Part shown: positions 8,789 through 17,849 of the stretch, one piece after another
Numbering within the stretch: the first letter of the stretch is position 1
Layout of the letters: each line of letters starts with the position of its first letter
Origin: an uncultured virus (IMG/VR IMGVR_UViG_3300019874_000003)
Taxonomy: Duplodnaviria; Heunggongvirae; Uroviricota; Caudoviricetes
Reading direction: 5' to 3' (one strand)
Length of the DNA: 64,000 nucleotides
IMG/VR virus record: IMGVR_UViG_3300019874_000003
Translations under genes and position numbers: made by a program
Notes under the pieces: model-generated
Seen by the model: the letters and a program-made list of their open reading frames with translations, nothing else
Databases searched by the model: none
Told to the model about the DNA's origin: nothing

Positions 8789-10933
8789 CTAGTTGAACGG
8801 GCGCCAGAGCAGATCGGTCGCATCGTACCAGACCTGATAGCTGGCGTTCGCCGCGATGACCACGGTCGCCGCGGGCAACGCGAACCGATCCTGCGCCACC
8901 GATGAGGCGCTGGCATTGACCAGGGTGAGCGGGAAGGCTGAGATGTTGACGATCGTCCGCACCATGCCAGGGGCGCCGCCATCAAGCCCCGTAACCTGGA
9001 AGCCCGGAGCGGACTGCGCGACCCGGACGACGCTGTTGCTGGCTCCGAAGGCGGTCCAGTTATTGACGTCGCCGCTCAGCGTGGGGTTGCCGACCTGGGC
9101 GAGCTCGAAGTTGTTGAGCACGCGCAGCGCGAAGCCAGACCCGTTGGTCACGAAGTCACCGAAGGCCGTGGCAATGCCGTTGCCGACCTGCAACTGCTCA
9201 CCCGATCGGAATGTGGACACGTTGCCGAGGACGGACCCGAATCCGATGTTGTTGTTCGGGTTGCCAATCCACAACGCGGGGCCGTTGGCGGCCGAGTTGA
9301 TCGTCGGAAAGGACTGCGTTGCGAAGCTAAGGATTCGCCAGCGCGCAGAGGTACCGTCGTAGATCATCTGGAATGTGCAGGCCGGCGGTAGGAACCAGTT
9401 CACGTTACCGGGCAACAGGAACCGGTTCGCTGCTGTTGAGTCCGTGCTCTCGTGCACGAGCGCTAGTTGGTTCACGCCGATGTTCGTGAACCAGACGATG
9501 GTCCCGGTGGGCTGCGCTGCGATCCCGGTGAAGGTCGTAAGGAAGTTGACGTCGAGCCGGATCCACGCAGCGTTCGCGAAGCCGGTAGGGTTGTAGTTGT
9601 CGAGCTGCGTGCCGCCCGTTGCGCCTGGCGTGAGGATGCCACCCAACGTCAGTTGTCCGGGCACGGTGCCGCCGCCCGGCACGGTCACGGTCCCGACGCC
9701 GGCTACGTCCGTCGCGGTCACGCCTGCCCCGACGAAGTTGACGGTGCTGTGCGGGTTGCCAGTGACTGGCGTGCCCTCGTCCTGCAGTGCGATTCCGCTG
9801 CTGCCTGGGATGGTCACCGTGCCGACTCCGGCAACGTCTGTCACTGTGACCCCAGTTCCGACGAAGTTTACCGTCGCATGCGGATTGCCCGTTACGGGGG
9901 TACCCTCGTCCTCCAGCGCGACGCCGCCCGGAACAGTCACCGTTCCGACGCCGCCGACGCTGCTCGCCGTAACGCCGGCGCCGACGAAGTTTACCGTAGA
10001 ATGCGGGTTACCCGCGATCGGAGTGCCCTCGTCCTCGATGATGATGCCAAGGCCGCTCAGGCCGGGGATCGTGACGGTGCCAACACCGGCCACATCCGTG
10101 ACCGTCACCCCGGACCCGACGAAGTTGACGGTTGTGTGCGGGTTGCCGGTTACCGGTGTGCCCTCGTCCTCGAGCGCGATGCCGCTGCTGGCGCCGGGCA
10201 CGGTGATGGTGCCTACCCCCGCAACATCGGTGACCGTGACGCCAGCACCGACGAAATTGAGGATCGTGTGCGGATTGCCGGCGACCGGGGCCCCCTCGTC
10301 CTCCAGGGTCACGCCGCCGGCACCACCGCCACCCTCAGCCGCCGATGTGAACCCGATATTGACGACGGGCAGCCCGGGGGCGATGGGCGGCACGCCGACG
10401 CGACGAACGCGCATGAAGTGGGCGATGATGATCTGGGATTGAGCCCCGGGTGTCTGGAACGCGAACGCCTGGCCCCACTCAGTGGATCCGTCTTCGGAGA
10501 CCTCGATGACAGTTGATCCGGAGAAGGCGCCGCCGACCTGGACGGTGACGAACGCGCCATCGATCCCGCTGACATCTACCGCTGCCCCTGCTCCGGTGCT
10601 CACGGTAACGGGCAAGGCGGCGAACGACGTGCCCTGGTCGGTGCCGCCGACGTTAACCTGGTTGGTGCCGCCGACGTTCACGTTGTAGCCGGACACGCGG
10701 ACGCGCATCCAGCGCGCGGCGACTGATACGGTGACCGTGCCGTTCTTGGTGAATGTGACGACGGACTGCCAGGATCCGCCCTGCGCAGCGTCGTTGTTGA
10801 TCTCGATGTTCTTCGAGGACTTCGCGTCCCCCGTGACGACGATCGTCTTCAGGGCGCCGAACGTGGACACATCGACCGGAGTTCCGGTGCCATTGCCGAG
10901 CGGCGTCGGCAGAAGGACGTACTGGTTGCTCAT
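8789..10933 (-). CDS. Putative spike/fibre (receptor-binding) protein with five tandem beta repeats
   Basis: G/T/V-rich. Two similar N-terminal domains, five ~42-aa repeats, and two similar C-terminal domains (RFLLP...YD...WR / RFALP...YD...WR). Confidence 0.7.
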   Translation of the reverse strand: MSNQYVLLPTPLGNGTGTPVDVSTFGALKTIVVTGDAKSSKNIEINNDAAQGGSWQSVVTFTKNGTVTVSVAARWMRVRVSGYNVNVGGTNQVNVGGTDQGTSFAALPVTVSTGAGAAVDVSGIDGAFVTVQVGGAFSGSTVIEVSEDGSTEWGQAFAFQTPGAQSQIIIAHFMRVRRVGVPPIAPGLPVVNIGFTSAAEGGGGAGGVTLEDEGAPVAGNPHTILNFVGAGVTVTDVAGVGTITVPGASSGIALEDEGTPVTGNPHTTVNFVGSGVTVTDVAGVGTVTIPGLSGLGIIIEDEGTPIAGNPHSTVNFVGAGVTASSVGGVGTVTVPGGVALEDEGTPVTGNPHATVNFVGTGVTVTDVAGVGTVTIPGSSGIALQDEGTPVTGNPHSTVNFVGAGVTATDVAGVGTVTVPGGGTVPGQLTLGGILTPGATGGTQLDNYNPTGFANAAWIRLDVNFLTTFTGIAAQPTGTIVWFTNIGVNQLALVHESTDSTAANRFLLPGNVNWFLPPACTFQMIYDGTSARWRILSFATQSFPTINSAANGPALWIGNPNNNIGFGSVLGNVSTFRSGEQLQVGNGIATAFGDFVTNGSGFALRVLNNFELAQVGNPTLSGDVNNWTAFGASNSVVRVAQSAPGFQVTGLDGGAPGMVRTIVNISAFPLTLVNASASSVAQDRFALPAATVVIAANASYQVWYDATDLLWRPFN
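9670..10312 (-). repeat. Five coding tandem repeats LEDEGTPVTGNPHxTVNFVGxGVTxTDVAGVGTVTxPG
   Basis: Visible in both protein and DNA; boundaries approximate. Confidence 0.9.
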
Positions 10934-11541
10934 TGTCGCCTCCGTAGAAGGAGCCACAGGAGGAGAGCAGAACCGCCCACCACCAAAAGCGTTCCAGCGC
11001 CGATCGCGGCCAGCGTGAGCCAGCCGACGGGATCGCTGTTATTGTCGATGTTGGTCTCGCCGTCGGCGAAGTCGGGAACCAGATTGGAGCGGACTTCCCA
11101 GTGCGTGTGGTTCGCCGAACTGGTCACGCCGACCTGCTGGCCCGCGGTAACCTGCGTCCCCATGGGGCCCATGCTCGCCGCAAAGGGCTCGAGATGGCCC
11201 AGGAGGTGGAACTTGCCACCGTCACCCTGGATGACCACGAACCAGGGCCCATATCCCACGAAAGGCGCCGCGTTGCCATCGCCGACCAGCACGATGGTCC
11301 CGGACTCGGGAGCGACCACGGGGGTGCCGGCCGTACCAGCGACATCGACGCCCGGGTGCTGACATGGGTAGCCATGGACGCCGCAGTAGCCGTCGTCCGA
11401 GCTCGCACGCACCTCGAGCCAGCCGCCGTGCGCGCCGATGGAGAGCGGCCAGATCGGCGGCTGCGGACTACCGGGCTCGGGCGCGTCGGTAGGAACCGGC
11501 GTCGCACCCAACACCCCTCGGGTGGGTCGGGTGTACGTCAT
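10930..11541 (-). CDS. M23 family metallopeptidase with C-terminal membrane anchor
   Basis: HPGVD (HxxxD), GTPVVAPESGTI, GHL, VTAGQQVG, HTHWEV (HxH); TM plus RRRQ. Confidence 0.85.
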   Translation of the reverse strand: MTYTRPTRGVLGATPVPTDAPEPGSPQPPIWPLSIGAHGGWLEVRASSDDGYCGVHGYPCQHPGVDVAGTAGTPVVAPESGTIVLVGDGNAAPFVGYGPWFVVIQGDGGKFHLLGHLEPFAASMGPMGTQVTAGQQVGVTSSANHTHWEVRSNLVPDFADGETNIDNNSDPVGWLTLAAIGAGTLLVVGGSALLLWLLLRRRQ

Positions 11542-11544
11542 GGT

Positions 11545-12285
11545 TCACCGGATCGCGCCAGATAAATCGATGGTGGGACGCTGTGGACCGGGCGCGCGGA
11601 TCGCCTCGCCCAAGTCCTTGGTGCCGGCGGGCTTCTGGAGGATGCGGTAGTGGATAGGCACACCGTCCTCGTAGAGGTCGCCGGCATCGTTGCCGGAGAA
11701 GAAGACGTAGCCGTCGACGAGGTTCGGCTGGTTAGCGCGGACCCACTTGAACACGTCGACGCCTGACATCGTGCCCAAGATGTCGACGTCGGAGATGACG
11801 AGCTTCACGTCGTGGGCCTCGAGGTTCGCGATCGCCGCCGGGCCGTTGTCCGAGACGATCACTTGCGCGTTCGGGTATAGCCTTTTGATCATGCGGGTCG
11901 TCGAGACCTGCTTGGACGGCTCGTCCTCGATGAGCAGCACCCAGAGCTCGTCGCTGTCGCCGTTGCGGCGTGCTGGGTTGCGGATGTCGCGCTCGCCGCC
12001 GTCCCACTCGAGTTCATCGCCGTCCAGCGACACCGCAAACCTGGGCACCTTCATCTGGGTCACGAATGGCTGGCCAGGCGTCATCGCAAATGCGACCAAA
12101 TCCTCTCCGGACAGGCCACCCGGGAAGCGGTCCGCCAACCTGGTCAGATCGGCGTTGTTCATGCGCTCGTAGAGCTCGGCTAGATCGCTGGCCGCGTCCA
12201 CGGCACCGCTCGGCGTCGCGCCACGCCCGCCGGTCGCTGACCAGATGGCCGCCGCCATGTCGCTGATGAGGCTGCGGCCGTGCAT
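11545..12285 (-). CDS. Protein with a C-terminal response-regulator receiver domain
   Basis: VLLIEDE...LVISDVD...MSGVDV...VFFSG...LQKP retains the acidic pair, phospho-Asp, Ser and KP. Preceded by RNPARRNG. Confidence 0.75.
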   Translation of the reverse strand: MHGRSLISDMAAAIWSATGGRGATPSGAVDAASDLAELYERMNNADLTRLADRFPGGLSGEDLVAFAMTPGQPFVTQMKVPRFAVSLDGDELEWDGGERDIRNPARRNGDSDELWVLLIEDEPSKQVSTTRMIKRLYPNAQVIVSDNGPAAIANLEAHDVKLVISDVDILGTMSGVDVFKWVRANQPNLVDGYVFFSGNDAGDLYEDGVPIHYRILQKPAGTKDLGEAIRAPGPQRPTIDLSGAIR

Positions 12286-12292
12286 GGCGCGA

Positions 12293-12829
12293 TCAGACTT
12301 CCCGCGCCACGTTGTTGTCGATCACGAGCCGCAGTCGGCAGAGCGAGGCGCCCGTGTGGACACCGCTTGCCACGTGCTTGTCATCGCCGATCTCCCACGT
12401 GCACTCGAACTGCTCGACCGATATCCGGCCAAGATCCGCCATGCTCATGAGCTCGGGGCGACCGGACGCGACGATGGTCGAGCGCTGCGGGTTCCGCTCG
12501 CCCGGCTCGAATACGATCGCCTTCCGGTACCCCGGAATGGTCAGGTGCTTGTGACACCGCGGGCACAGGAGGTGAACCTTTATAGGTTCGCCTGGGATCG
12601 CGTAGACGTCCACCGTCAGGAACACGTCCTTGTGGACGACGACGACCTCCTGCTTGCCGCCGGTGAGCCGCATCGTGGAGAGCGCGCCGCGGTGGGTCGT
12701 GGTCCCGGTAGGGTCAGGCGCATCGCCGGCGAGTTGCACGAGCTCGCGCCGCTTGCCAGTGGCTGCCTGGGGCGAGATGCCCAGCATCGAGCGGACCTGG
12801 GGGTCATTCATGTTGATCGCAAGGCTCAT
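12293..12829 (-). CDS. Hypothetical Zn-binding protein
   Basis: CPRCH...CTW...CRL. Confidence 0.55.
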   Translation of the reverse strand: MSLAINMNDPQVRSMLGISPQAATGKRRELVQLAGDAPDPTGTTTHRGALSTMRLTGGKQEVVVVHKDVFLTVDVYAIPGEPIKVHLLCPRCHKHLTIPGYRKAIVFEPGERNPQRSTIVASGRPELMSMADLGRISVEQFECTWEIGDDKHVASGVHTGASLCRLRLVIDNNVAREV

Positions 12830-12836
12830 GTTCTGT

Positions 12837-13106
12837 TCAGTCCTTCTTGCGCAGGAGGATCAGAGCCACCGCACCGACGGCGAGGCCGCCGATGAGCAGG
12901 GTGCTGGTGCTGATGCCCTGCTGTGCGGCCAGGGCAGCGGTCAAATCCCTATTTGCGGTGGCGGACGCCGCAGCGGCGCCGGTCGCCTGCTGTTGGGCTC
13001 CGTAGACCTTCAGGACGCCGCCGCCGATATCGGTGAGGGTATCCCAGACGCCACCCATCCCGGAGTAACCGGCTCGGCTGACGAGGTTGTTTCGTTCGTA
13101 CGCCAT
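12837..13106 (-). CDS. Small tail-anchored virion membrane protein (MxY family)
   Basis: MAYERNNLVSRAGYSGMGG...; C-terminal TM plus RKKD. Confidence 0.7.
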   Translation of the reverse strand: MAYERNNLVSRAGYSGMGGVWDTLTDIGGGVLKVYGAQQQATGAAAASATANRDLTAALAAQQGISTSTLLIGGLAVGAVALILLRKKD

Positions 13107-13115
13107 GGTGCTCCT

Positions 13116-13484
13116 TCAGCGGCGGAGGAGGACGGCGACCAGGAGCACCGCGCCGCCGGCGATCGCGATCTTGGTGGTGGTGGACATGCCGGGTGCCACA
13201 ACCGGAACGCCGGGCATGGGAACGGTCGGCGGAAAGAGCGCCGACAGGATCTTGGTCGTGAGTGACGGCCCCGATGATGCCGTGGAGGTCCCTGTCATCG
13301 AGTACGTCGAGCCATCGGCGTTGAAGGTGGTGTAGCCACCATCGCCGGTGTTGCAGTAGTTCCCGGGCTTTCGGTAGGAGTCACCCGCCGGGATCGACGT
13401 GCACAGACTCTCATCGGTGAAGTCACCGAACCCCATCATGGGGCGGCGCGGGCGGACGAGAGCGTTCTTCTTGATGTAGGGCAT
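13116..13484 (-). CDS. Small tail-anchored virion membrane protein (MxY family)
   Basis: MPYIKKNALVRPRRPMMGFGD...; TM plus RR. Confidence 0.7.
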   Translation of the reverse strand: MPYIKKNALVRPRRPMMGFGDFTDESLCTSIPAGDSYRKPGNYCNTGDGGYTTFNADGSTYSMTGTSTASSGPSLTTKILSALFPPTVPMPGVPVVAPGMSTTTKIAIAGGAVLLVAVLLRR

Positions 13485-13492
13485 GAGGACTC

Positions 13493-13852
13493 CTAGGCGG
13501 ACTTTTTCTTCTTCTTGAGAATCAGGTACCCAGCAACGCCAGCTGCGCCAGCGATCAGCAACCACGGCATACTGGCATCGCCGTTGGATGTCGCAGACGC
13601 GGCCCCGCCCGCCGCCCCGGTCAACAGGCTGGTGAGGGAGTCGATGATTCCGCCGGTCGGTGCGCAGACCTGCCCTGGACGACGCCAGGGCGAATCGGCT
13701 GGCAGTTGGTCGCAGGGCACATGAGTGGCCGGCACCTCGCCCACGACGACGCCCGTATCGGACGGGTTCCACTGCGACGGAGACGTGATCGGCCCGTCGA
13801 CCTCGGTCGTCGAGGTGATGGCATCACCCATGGGGCGGCGGAGATAGCTCAT
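13493..13852 (-). CDS. Small tail-anchored virion membrane protein (MxY family)
   Basis: MSYLRRPMGD...; TM plus KKKKK. Its CxxLPADSPWRRPGQVC motif is shared with the neighbour (CTSIPAGDSYRKPGNYC). Confidence 0.7.
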   Translation of the reverse strand: MSYLRRPMGDAITSTTEVDGPITSPSQWNPSDTGVVVGEVPATHVPCDQLPADSPWRRPGQVCAPTGGIIDSLTSLLTGAAGGAASATSNGDASMPWLLIAGAAGVAGYLILKKKKKSA

Positions 13853-14541
13853 GCGGACCTCCGGAAGAATAGCAGGTAGGCAGCCAGGGCTGCGCCACCA
13901 GCGAGGGCGATGTTCCGGATCGTGTTGTCGGTCTCGACGATCGGCACGCCAGGCGCGTTCGGGATCGGATCGAAGATGGCCGAGATGACACCCTTCATCG
14001 GCGACCCCTGCGTAGATGGTCCGGTTCCGCCGATGATCGTCGTAGAAGCGGTAGGCGCAGTCGCCGTGGTCGTGGCCGGCGGAGTGCTTATTGGCGCGAT
14101 CAGTACGCTCACCGGTGGGGGGACACCGACCGGCGCGCCGGTTCTCGGTGGAACGACAACGATCGGTGGCAAGCGAAGCGACCCACCGATCGCAGATGTT
14201 GCGCCCGAGACCACGGGCCGCAACGGCGACGCGACGACTACAGATTTCACGCCCGAGACCAGAGCCTGCAACGGCGACCGTGGTGCCGCTGATTTCACGC
14301 CCGAGACCAGAGCCTGCAGCGGCGATGCGGCGGACGGCCGACTGACCTGTTTCAGGACCGGCCTCGCAATTGACGTACCGCTCAGCGCGCCATTCGTGAT
14401 CGCCGCCATCGCGCGATCGCGTTTGCGCGTGGCGATGCCGGTCTCGATCCGCCGCCGGTAGCGGCCTGGTGAGACCTTGTCAGCTGCGGCGATCGCGCCA
14501 ACCCCGCGGGTCACCCGATCATCGTCTTGCTCGTACGCCAT
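13849..14541 (-). CDS. Tail-anchored Pro/Thr-rich membrane protein (MxY family)
   Basis: MAYEQDDDRVTRGVGA...; SPLQALVSGVKS duplicated; TM plus RRSA. Confidence 0.65.
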   Translation of the reverse strand: MAYEQDDDRVTRGVGAIAAADKVSPGRYRRRIETGIATRKRDRAMAAITNGALSGTSIARPVLKQVSRPSAASPLQALVSGVKSAAPRSPLQALVSGVKSVVVASPLRPVVSGATSAIGGSLRLPPIVVVPPRTGAPVGVPPPVSVLIAPISTPPATTTATAPTASTTIIGGTGPSTQGSPMKGVISAIFDPIPNAPGVPIVETDNTIRNIALAGGAALAAYLLFFRRSA

Positions 14542-14542
14542 G

Positions 14543-14845
14543 TTAGTGATGACCCCCGTGGCCATGCCCGTGCCCACCGCCATGTCCACCACCACCTCGC
14601 CAAGAGCGACCACCATAGACCGGCGCCGCCCACCCCCACGACCCATAGTCGTCGTCGCGCATGTCATCCGACACGACGACCGTGACTTGAGGTGCCATCT
14701 GCGCGACCGCGCTCGGCGCGGCGAACGGCGGAGACTGTACGCCCTGCGCGGTCACGCCCTGCGCGGCCTCGGCGGCCTTCTGCTTGGACAAGTAGTAGAG
14801 GGCTGCCGCGCCGCCCGCGATCATGAGGAGGGTTGACGTCTTCAT
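14543..14845 (-). CDS. Small N-anchored membrane protein with Gly/His tail
   Basis: MKTSTLLMIAGGAAALYYL...GGGGHGGGHGHGHGGHH. Confidence 0.6.
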   Translation of the reverse strand: MKTSTLLMIAGGAAALYYLSKQKAAEAAQGVTAQGVQSPPFAAPSAVAQMAPQVTVVVSDDMRDDDYGSWGWAAPVYGGRSWRGGGGHGGGHGHGHGGHH

Positions 14846-15174
14846 TTGCTGCTCCGACCGAACTCGTAACCGATGAACAGCGGGAGGCCCAGAATGAGGG
14901 CCACGGCCACGGGATAGACCCACGTGTTCTGCTGCGCGTAGACGTAGGCGCGGAGCGGCGCCATCGCGTTATGGAGACCGACGCCGCCGTTCACGCCCGG
15001 GGGGGTGTCCTGGCAGACCGCCACTGGTTCGCTGTGGTCGATGTTCTTGAGTTGCTGGATCCGGCACAGCACCTCGGGAAGGTAGGGGTCGCTCGCGACG
15101 TCGACGACCGTGTTGATCGACCCCAGGAGGTCGCCCATTGCGGCGGGGCGGCGGTATCGTTTTGCGTAGGACAT
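14842..15174 (-). CDS. Small tail-anchored virion membrane protein (MxY family)
   Basis: MSYAKRYRRPAAMGD...; C-terminal TM. Confidence 0.7.
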   Translation of the reverse strand: MSYAKRYRRPAAMGDLLGSINTVVDVASDPYLPEVLCRIQQLKNIDHSEPVAVCQDTPPGVNGGVGLHNAMAPLRAYVYAQQNTWVYPVAVALILGLPLFIGYEFGRSSK

Positions 15175-15299
15175 TGGGTAGTTGTCGTGGATCTCGTCTG
15201 AGGTCGCCCGTCGCCATGGACCAGCGCGTCTTTTCCGGGATTTAGGGCCTGACGACCTCGCGTTGGCTTGCGCCAACGGGCGGCCTCAGTCGAGATCGA

Positions 15300-15890
15300 T
15301 CACGAGCGTCCTTTCTTGGCAACGAACTGGCGGACCCCGAGCTTCTCCCACGCGAACCATGCGAGCGCACACAAACCGCCGGCCTTGAGCCAGAACCCGT
15401 AGTCAGTACAGGCGCCCGCCATGATGCAGGCCTTCTCTTCCTGATCTTTGGCAACGTCGGCCGACGACTTGATCGCCGTGAGGACGGTCAGCAGCACGCC
15501 GCCGACGATGAGCACCGGCCAGAGCCACGGCATCCCCGCAAGCGATCCGGTCGCCTGCGGGCTCGAGACCGACTGGCCGCCCATGAGCGCCAGTTGTGCA
15601 AGTTGCACAGCAGCCTGTGAGTTCGACCGAAGGTCCGCGTTGGGCAGCGGCTGCCCCTTCATCACGACCTCGAGCAGCGCATGGAGCTTGGTGGCGAGAT
15701 CCTGCTCCACGCTCAGGCCGCGCGCCGACGCGATCACGTTCTGCGCATATGGCAGTGGCTTGGCCACGGCGGTCGTACCGGCCAGGACGCGGTCGTTCAG
15801 GGTGCGAAACTTCAACCAGGCTGCGAGGGAGCCACGCATCTTCGCGAGCTCGCTCGCCGCTCGCCTGACTTCGCTGGTCGTGATCGTCAT
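15300..15890 (-). CDS. Membrane protein with two TM segments
   Basis: GSLAGMPWLWPVLIVGGVLL... and FWLKAGGLCALAWFAW. Confidence 0.65.
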   Translation of the reverse strand: MTITTSEVRRAASELAKMRGSLAAWLKFRTLNDRVLAGTTAVAKPLPYAQNVIASARGLSVEQDLATKLHALLEVVMKGQPLPNADLRSNSQAAVQLAQLALMGGQSVSSPQATGSLAGMPWLWPVLIVGGVLLTVLTAIKSSADVAKDQEEKACIMAGACTDYGFWLKAGGLCALAWFAWEKLGVRQFVAKKGRS

Positions 15891-16366
15891 TACTTCACCA
15901 ACCACCAGGCCGCGACCCCGAGGCCCGCAACGATGAGAACGGTCTGCAGGTCGATCCCGGCGATGGTCGACGACGTACCGTCCGCGTTCGGCAACCCAAT
16001 CGAGTCAGCGTATCCGGCGATCGTGCGGGTCACATCGGCGAGAGCGCCGGTCACGAATGCGACCGGGTTTATGAACCCGAGGTTCGCCGCCGCGATCGCC
16101 GCCGCCGACCCGGCGTCGTGAAACTGGTTGAATGCGTCGGTCGAGCGGCGCTGGTAGATCGTCAGCGCAGCCAACGCAAGCTCGGGAGAGATGCCAGTGG
16201 CAAGAGGGAATGGCTGCTGGATGAACTGCAGGCCGACCGGAGCGGCGGGCCCGAACCTATTCACCTGGACGATAAGAGCGGCGACGGGATCCGTGACCGC
16301 CGTATCGCCCATGGCTCTGCAGCCGCGCGTGCAGCCTGAGAGACCGTATGGGCGGTGGTAGGTCAT
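15890..16366 (-). CDS. Tail-anchored virion membrane protein (MxY family)
   Basis: MTYHRPYGLSGCTRGCRAMGD...; C-terminal TM. Confidence 0.7.
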   Translation of the reverse strand: MTYHRPYGLSGCTRGCRAMGDTAVTDPVAALIVQVNRFGPAAPVGLQFIQQPFPLATGISPELALAALTIYQRRSTDAFNQFHDAGSAAAIAAANLGFINPVAFVTGALADVTRTIAGYADSIGLPNADGTSSTIAGIDLQTVLIVAGLGVAAWWLVK

Positions 16367-16370
16367 GACC

Positions 16371-16994
16371 TTAGAGATTGACGATGCGGTACCCGATGAG
16401 GTCGACGTGGAGGACGCCAGCGGTCGGTGGCGTCGCAGAGTTCCAGGTCAATGCCAGGTAGGTTGGCTGGAACACAATCGACGAGTTCGGCGCCCACGTG
16501 GTCGGAATCGGGCAGGGGACGATGTTGTCCGGCCGCGAGAACAGGGGGCCGCGGGGCGTGTTCTGCCCGAGCCGCTGCGAACCGCCGTCGTTGAGCTCGT
16601 ACAGGATGTCGATGATGTCCGTGCTGACCACCTGGGTCGGCAGCGGGAACGTCGAGCACGGGCGCCAGCGCCCGAAGTTGGTCGTGTTCGTCGGGGCCGA
16701 CGGGTACCACACCACCAGCGGGTAGTGGGTCATGATGAACGGCCCATCCTGCGACACCGGGATCACGATCGGCGTGGCGCGCTGACCGACATCAGTGGCG
16801 CTGAACGTCACCTGACCGCCGATGGTTCCCTCGATACGGCGGCCAGGGATCGCGTCGATCTCCTCCTGCAGCGATCGGGGGCGGCTCGAGAGCGACTGGA
16901 CCTGCATGCCCAGGTTGTTGATCGCCTGGATACAGGAGTCGATGTTCTCCTTCTGCTTGCGAAGGATGGCGGCAGTTTGTGCGTCGATGGCCAT
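16371..16994 (-). CDS. Putative capsid protein 2 (single jelly-roll-like, with N-terminal coiled coil)
   Basis: Strong RBS (GGGAGG) before MAIDAQ. Beta-rich body (VSQDGPF, ELNDGGSQR.GQN) ending LHVDLIGYRI. Adjacent to capsid protein 1. Fold inferred. Confidence 0.55.
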   Translation of the reverse strand: MAIDAQTAAILRKQKENIDSCIQAINNLGMQVQSLSSRPRSLQEEIDAIPGRRIEGTIGGQVTFSATDVGQRATPIVIPVSQDGPFIMTHYPLVVWYPSAPTNTTNFGRWRPCSTFPLPTQVVSTDIIDILYELNDGGSQRLGQNTPRGPLFSRPDNIVPCPIPTTWAPNSSIVFQPTYLALTWNSATPPTAGVLHVDLIGYRIVNL

Positions 16995-17054
16995 GAGATC
17001 CTCCCGGGGTTCCGGGGTCGAAGTCGCCTCGTCGAGGAATCCTCGACGGTCGTG

Positions 17055-17084
17055 CATCTCATGGCTCAGGTCGTTGGGCGCTCA
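17055..17084 (-). promoter_or_regulatory. Conserved leader element upstream of capsid gene 2
   Basis: Minus strand TGAGCGCC-N6-CCTGAG-N3-TGAGATG followed by a hairpin; second copy at 17796-17827. Confidence 0.5.
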
Positions 17085-17111
17085 AGCGGCTGTTCCAGGA
17101 CCACCCGAGCA

Positions 17112-17141
17112 CCGCCTGGACACGTCTAGTGGTCCAGGCGG
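17112..17141 (-). terminator. GC-rich hairpin just downstream of the capsid gene 1 stop
   Basis: CCGCCTGGAC-N10-GTCCAGGCGG. No U-tract, so it may be a stabiliser rather than a terminator. Confidence 0.4.
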
Positions 17142-17147
17142 GGTCGC

Positions 17148-17723
17148 TTACTGCACGTCGCGGGTCTGGAGACCGTCGAGCATGTACTGGATGTTCTTGA
17201 CGTCGTCGGTCGCGCCGGCGTTCAGGCCATCCAGGGCCGAGGTCGCGCCGATCGCGAAGAAGTCCGCCGACGCAGCGAAGTTCTGGCGAACCGGCACGAT
17301 GATCGGCCGGGCCAGCTTGAGGATCGCGCCCTGCTCCGGGGTGCCGTTCGAGAACACCGACGAGGTGCTGTCGAAGCCCCAGACGCCGCCGCCGGCGGGG
17401 TGGTACCAGCACGGCGCCTGGAACATCGGCTTGTTGCCGACGGTCAGAGTCCAGAACAACTGCGACGTCACGTTGACGTAGTTGTCCCGCCTGTTGGTCC
17501 CATCGAAGAACAGGAACGAGCGCAGCGCCAGGATCACATACGTCTGATCCGACGCGAGCTGTCCGGCGGTCTGGAGGTTGGTCAACGCGAGGTTGCCGAT
17601 GTTCGCGTTCCCGAACAGCTTCGTCGAGTTGATGATCGGTGAGGTCGGATCACCGGTCGTGCGGATGAGAGTGTCCCAGATCGGCTGGTGGAGGCGCTCG
17701 CGGTATCCATGAAGACGGGGCAT
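17148..17723 (-). CDS. Putative major capsid protein (single jelly-roll-like, 191 aa)
   Basis: QPIWDT...LFG...TNLQTAGQL...PIIVPVRQNF...YMLDGLQTRDVQ. Beta-rich, with highly biased codons, at the centre of the structural operon. Fold inferred. Confidence 0.65.
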   Translation of the reverse strand: MPRLHGYRERLHQPIWDTLIRTTGDPTSPIINSTKLFGNANIGNLALTNLQTAGQLASDQTYVILALRSFLFFDGTNRRDNYVNVTSQLFWTLTVGNKPMFQAPCWYHPAGGGVWGFDSTSSVFSNGTPEQGAILKLARPIIVPVRQNFAASADFFAIGATSALDGLNAGATDDVKNIQYMLDGLQTRDVQ

Positions 17724-17795
17724 CGTAGAGTCCTTGCTTGTACGTTTGATTCGGCAACCGGATCATCCAGGTCACCAGGCGGGTGCCTCCCGCCA

Positions 17796-17827
17796 CATCT
17801 CAGGACTCAGGGTGCGCTCGGCGCTCA
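17796..17827 (-). promoter_or_regulatory. Conserved leader element upstream of capsid gene 1
   Basis: Minus strand TGAGCGCC-N8-CCTGAG-N3-TGAGATG followed by hairpin GGCGGG-N5-CCCGCC. Confidence 0.5.
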
Positions 17828-17849
17828 GGCGCGAAGCGGGTTGAAGCGA

